A program made the translations under genes and the position numbers. Below the pieces are notes generated by a model. The model was not told the origin of the DNA. It searched no databases and was given only the letters and a program-made list of their open reading frames with translations. Source: an uncultured Gammaproteobacteria bacterium (GTDB lineage: Bacteria > Pseudomonadota > Gammaproteobacteria > Arenicellales > JAANXG01). Taken from it: DNA of 56,031 nucleotides. The stretch spans positions 1-56,031 of the forward strand of contig CAMYOI010000053.1 of the NCBI GenBank assembly GCA_947259955.1, in the 5' to 3' direction. Below, piece after piece: positions 55,126 to 56,031 of this stretch; the stretch's first letter is position 1; each line of letters opens with the position of its first letter.

Positions 55126-56031
55126 TGTTTTGATAGATGCTTCAGATGGGCGATGGCCGCGACCGGGTCCAGCGCGATCTGCTCATTTTCTTGCAGACCT
55201 GCCAACACGACCTTGTTTTCACCGGCCAGGCTTTTCCCCGGCCGGATTCGGCGCATTTGAACGGAGCCGTCCTTGCTTACTGCGTATACGCCGATGACTT
55301 CGCTGCGATACACGATGGCGCGCTCGGGAATGACCAGTACGGTCCGTTCCCCGGAAAAGAATGAAACTTTGACCAGCATCCCGGGTGACAGTTCTTCCAC
55401 ACCGTAAGGTAATGTAAGACGGACCCGCGTGGTACCCGTTCCGGCGCTGGCATAGGGAAAGATGGCTACGTCGTCGACTATCAGCGAGTCGGGTTCCCGC
55501 CCCGGCAGGTGCACGCGGGCGGAACGATATTCGCGTACGTGACCAAGCAGGCGTTGCGGAACGTCCACCCTGACTCGCAGCAGATCAGGCAGGAATCCCG
55601 ATATCATCGGCTGGCCGGGCGTTACGGACTCACCGCGCTCTACATGACGTTCAGTGACGACACCACCGAAGGGCGCGCGGACCAACGCGTAACCCGCTTG
55701 TTCCTCGGTCTTCGTCAACTGGGCCTCGGCGACGCGCAGGGATGCCTTGCTGACCTCGAGTGACGCTTTGGCCTGTTCCATCGCCTGTTCCGATGCGGCA
55801 TTCTGGCCGTACAATGATTCGATCCGCTGGTAAGCCCGGCTCGCTTCGACCACCCGCGCCCTGGCGTCCACGACCTGCGCCTCCGCTTTGCTGACTTCCG
55901 CTTTCTGCTCGGTGCCTCGCAGTCGGATGACGACCGCGTTGGCGGGGACGACGTCGCCGACATCGAACAGGACTTCTGCAATCCTGCCCGGGATCTCGGC
56001 GGTCAGGGTCGCTTCGTTGACGGCCTCCACG
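55122..56031 (-). CDS. RND efflux periplasmic adaptor (membrane-fusion protein), 5' end beyond window
   Basis: The frame is open to the window end. It shows a lipoyl/coiled-coil hairpin ('AEVSKAEAQVVDARARVVEASRAYQRIESL...LEVSKASLRVAEAQL') followed by a beta-barrel region, and it is coupled to the RND permease. Confidence 0.85.
   Translation of the reverse strand, partial: VEAVNEATLTAEIPGRIAEVLFDVGDVVPANAVVIRLRGTEQKAEVSKAEAQVVDARARVVEASRAYQRIESLYGQNAASEQAMEQAKASLEVSKASLRVAEAQLTKTEEQAGYALVRAPFGGVVTERHVERGESVTPGQPMISGFLPDLLRVRVDVPQRLLGHVREYRSARVHLPGREPDSLIVDDVAIFPYASAGTGTTRVRLTLPYGVEELSPGMLVKVSFFSGERTVLVIPERAIVYRSEVIGVYAVSKDGSVQMRRIRPGKSLAGENKVVLAGLQENEQIALDPVAAIAHLKHLSKQ

Noticed and set aside
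1-56031. Mobile elements, integrases, prophage genes, tRNA or rRNA genes, toxin-antitoxin pairs
   Set aside because: I scanned the ORF translations and intergenic regions and found no transposase, integrase or phage-like ORFs and no cloverleaf-like or rRNA-like segments. The window looks like core chromosome rather than an island.

Overview
GC-rich chromosomal segment whose gene content and order point to a chemolithotrophic sulfur-oxidising proteobacterium, probably a gammaproteobacterium (the taxon is inference only). About half the window is a contiguous sulfur-oxidation supercluster. On the minus strand it carries soxXYZAB plus a YeeE/YedE transporter. On the plus strand it carries tusA and dsrABEFHCMK-(tandem thioredoxin)-LJOPNR, followed by a convergent sat. 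The rest of the window holds several other units. There is a cNMP-gated PP2C/STAS/anti-sigma-kinase partner-switching module, cut at the window start. There is a fused indolepyruvate-type 2-oxoacid:ferredoxin oxidoreductase. Two paralogous Rieske oxygenases flank gloA, a Sel1 protein, a large membrane protein and a SAM methyltransferase. Housekeeping genes are alaX-like, dsbB, an SLT transglycosylase, bcp, gltA and an M48 protease. A bacterial cereblon-like CULT protein sits beside a DUF1244 gene. An aorABC-like tungsten aldehyde oxidoreductase cluster carries a MoaD-like gene, an unknown gene and moaA. An RND efflux pair is cut at the window end. I found no rRNA, tRNA, CRISPR array, transposase or integrase. 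Five things deserve a second look. (1) A solo Cas6/Cmx6-like RAMP gene is translationally coupled to an unknown gene and sits downstream of a TauD-family dioxygenase, between the sox and dsr clusters, with no CRISPR array or other cas genes. (2) A secreted double-thioredoxin gene is inserted between dsrK and dsrL. (3) Core genes show an unusual density of reading-frame anomalies (dsrK, aorB, soxA, dsrJ start, an acyl-CoA synthetase, one unknown gene), and three of them also lose a short conserved segment. (4) A REP-like GC-rich repeat family occurs at three loci. (5) A 16-bp tandem repeat duplicates the 3' end of a gene. All functional calls rest on motifs I read in the translations. No database search was run.
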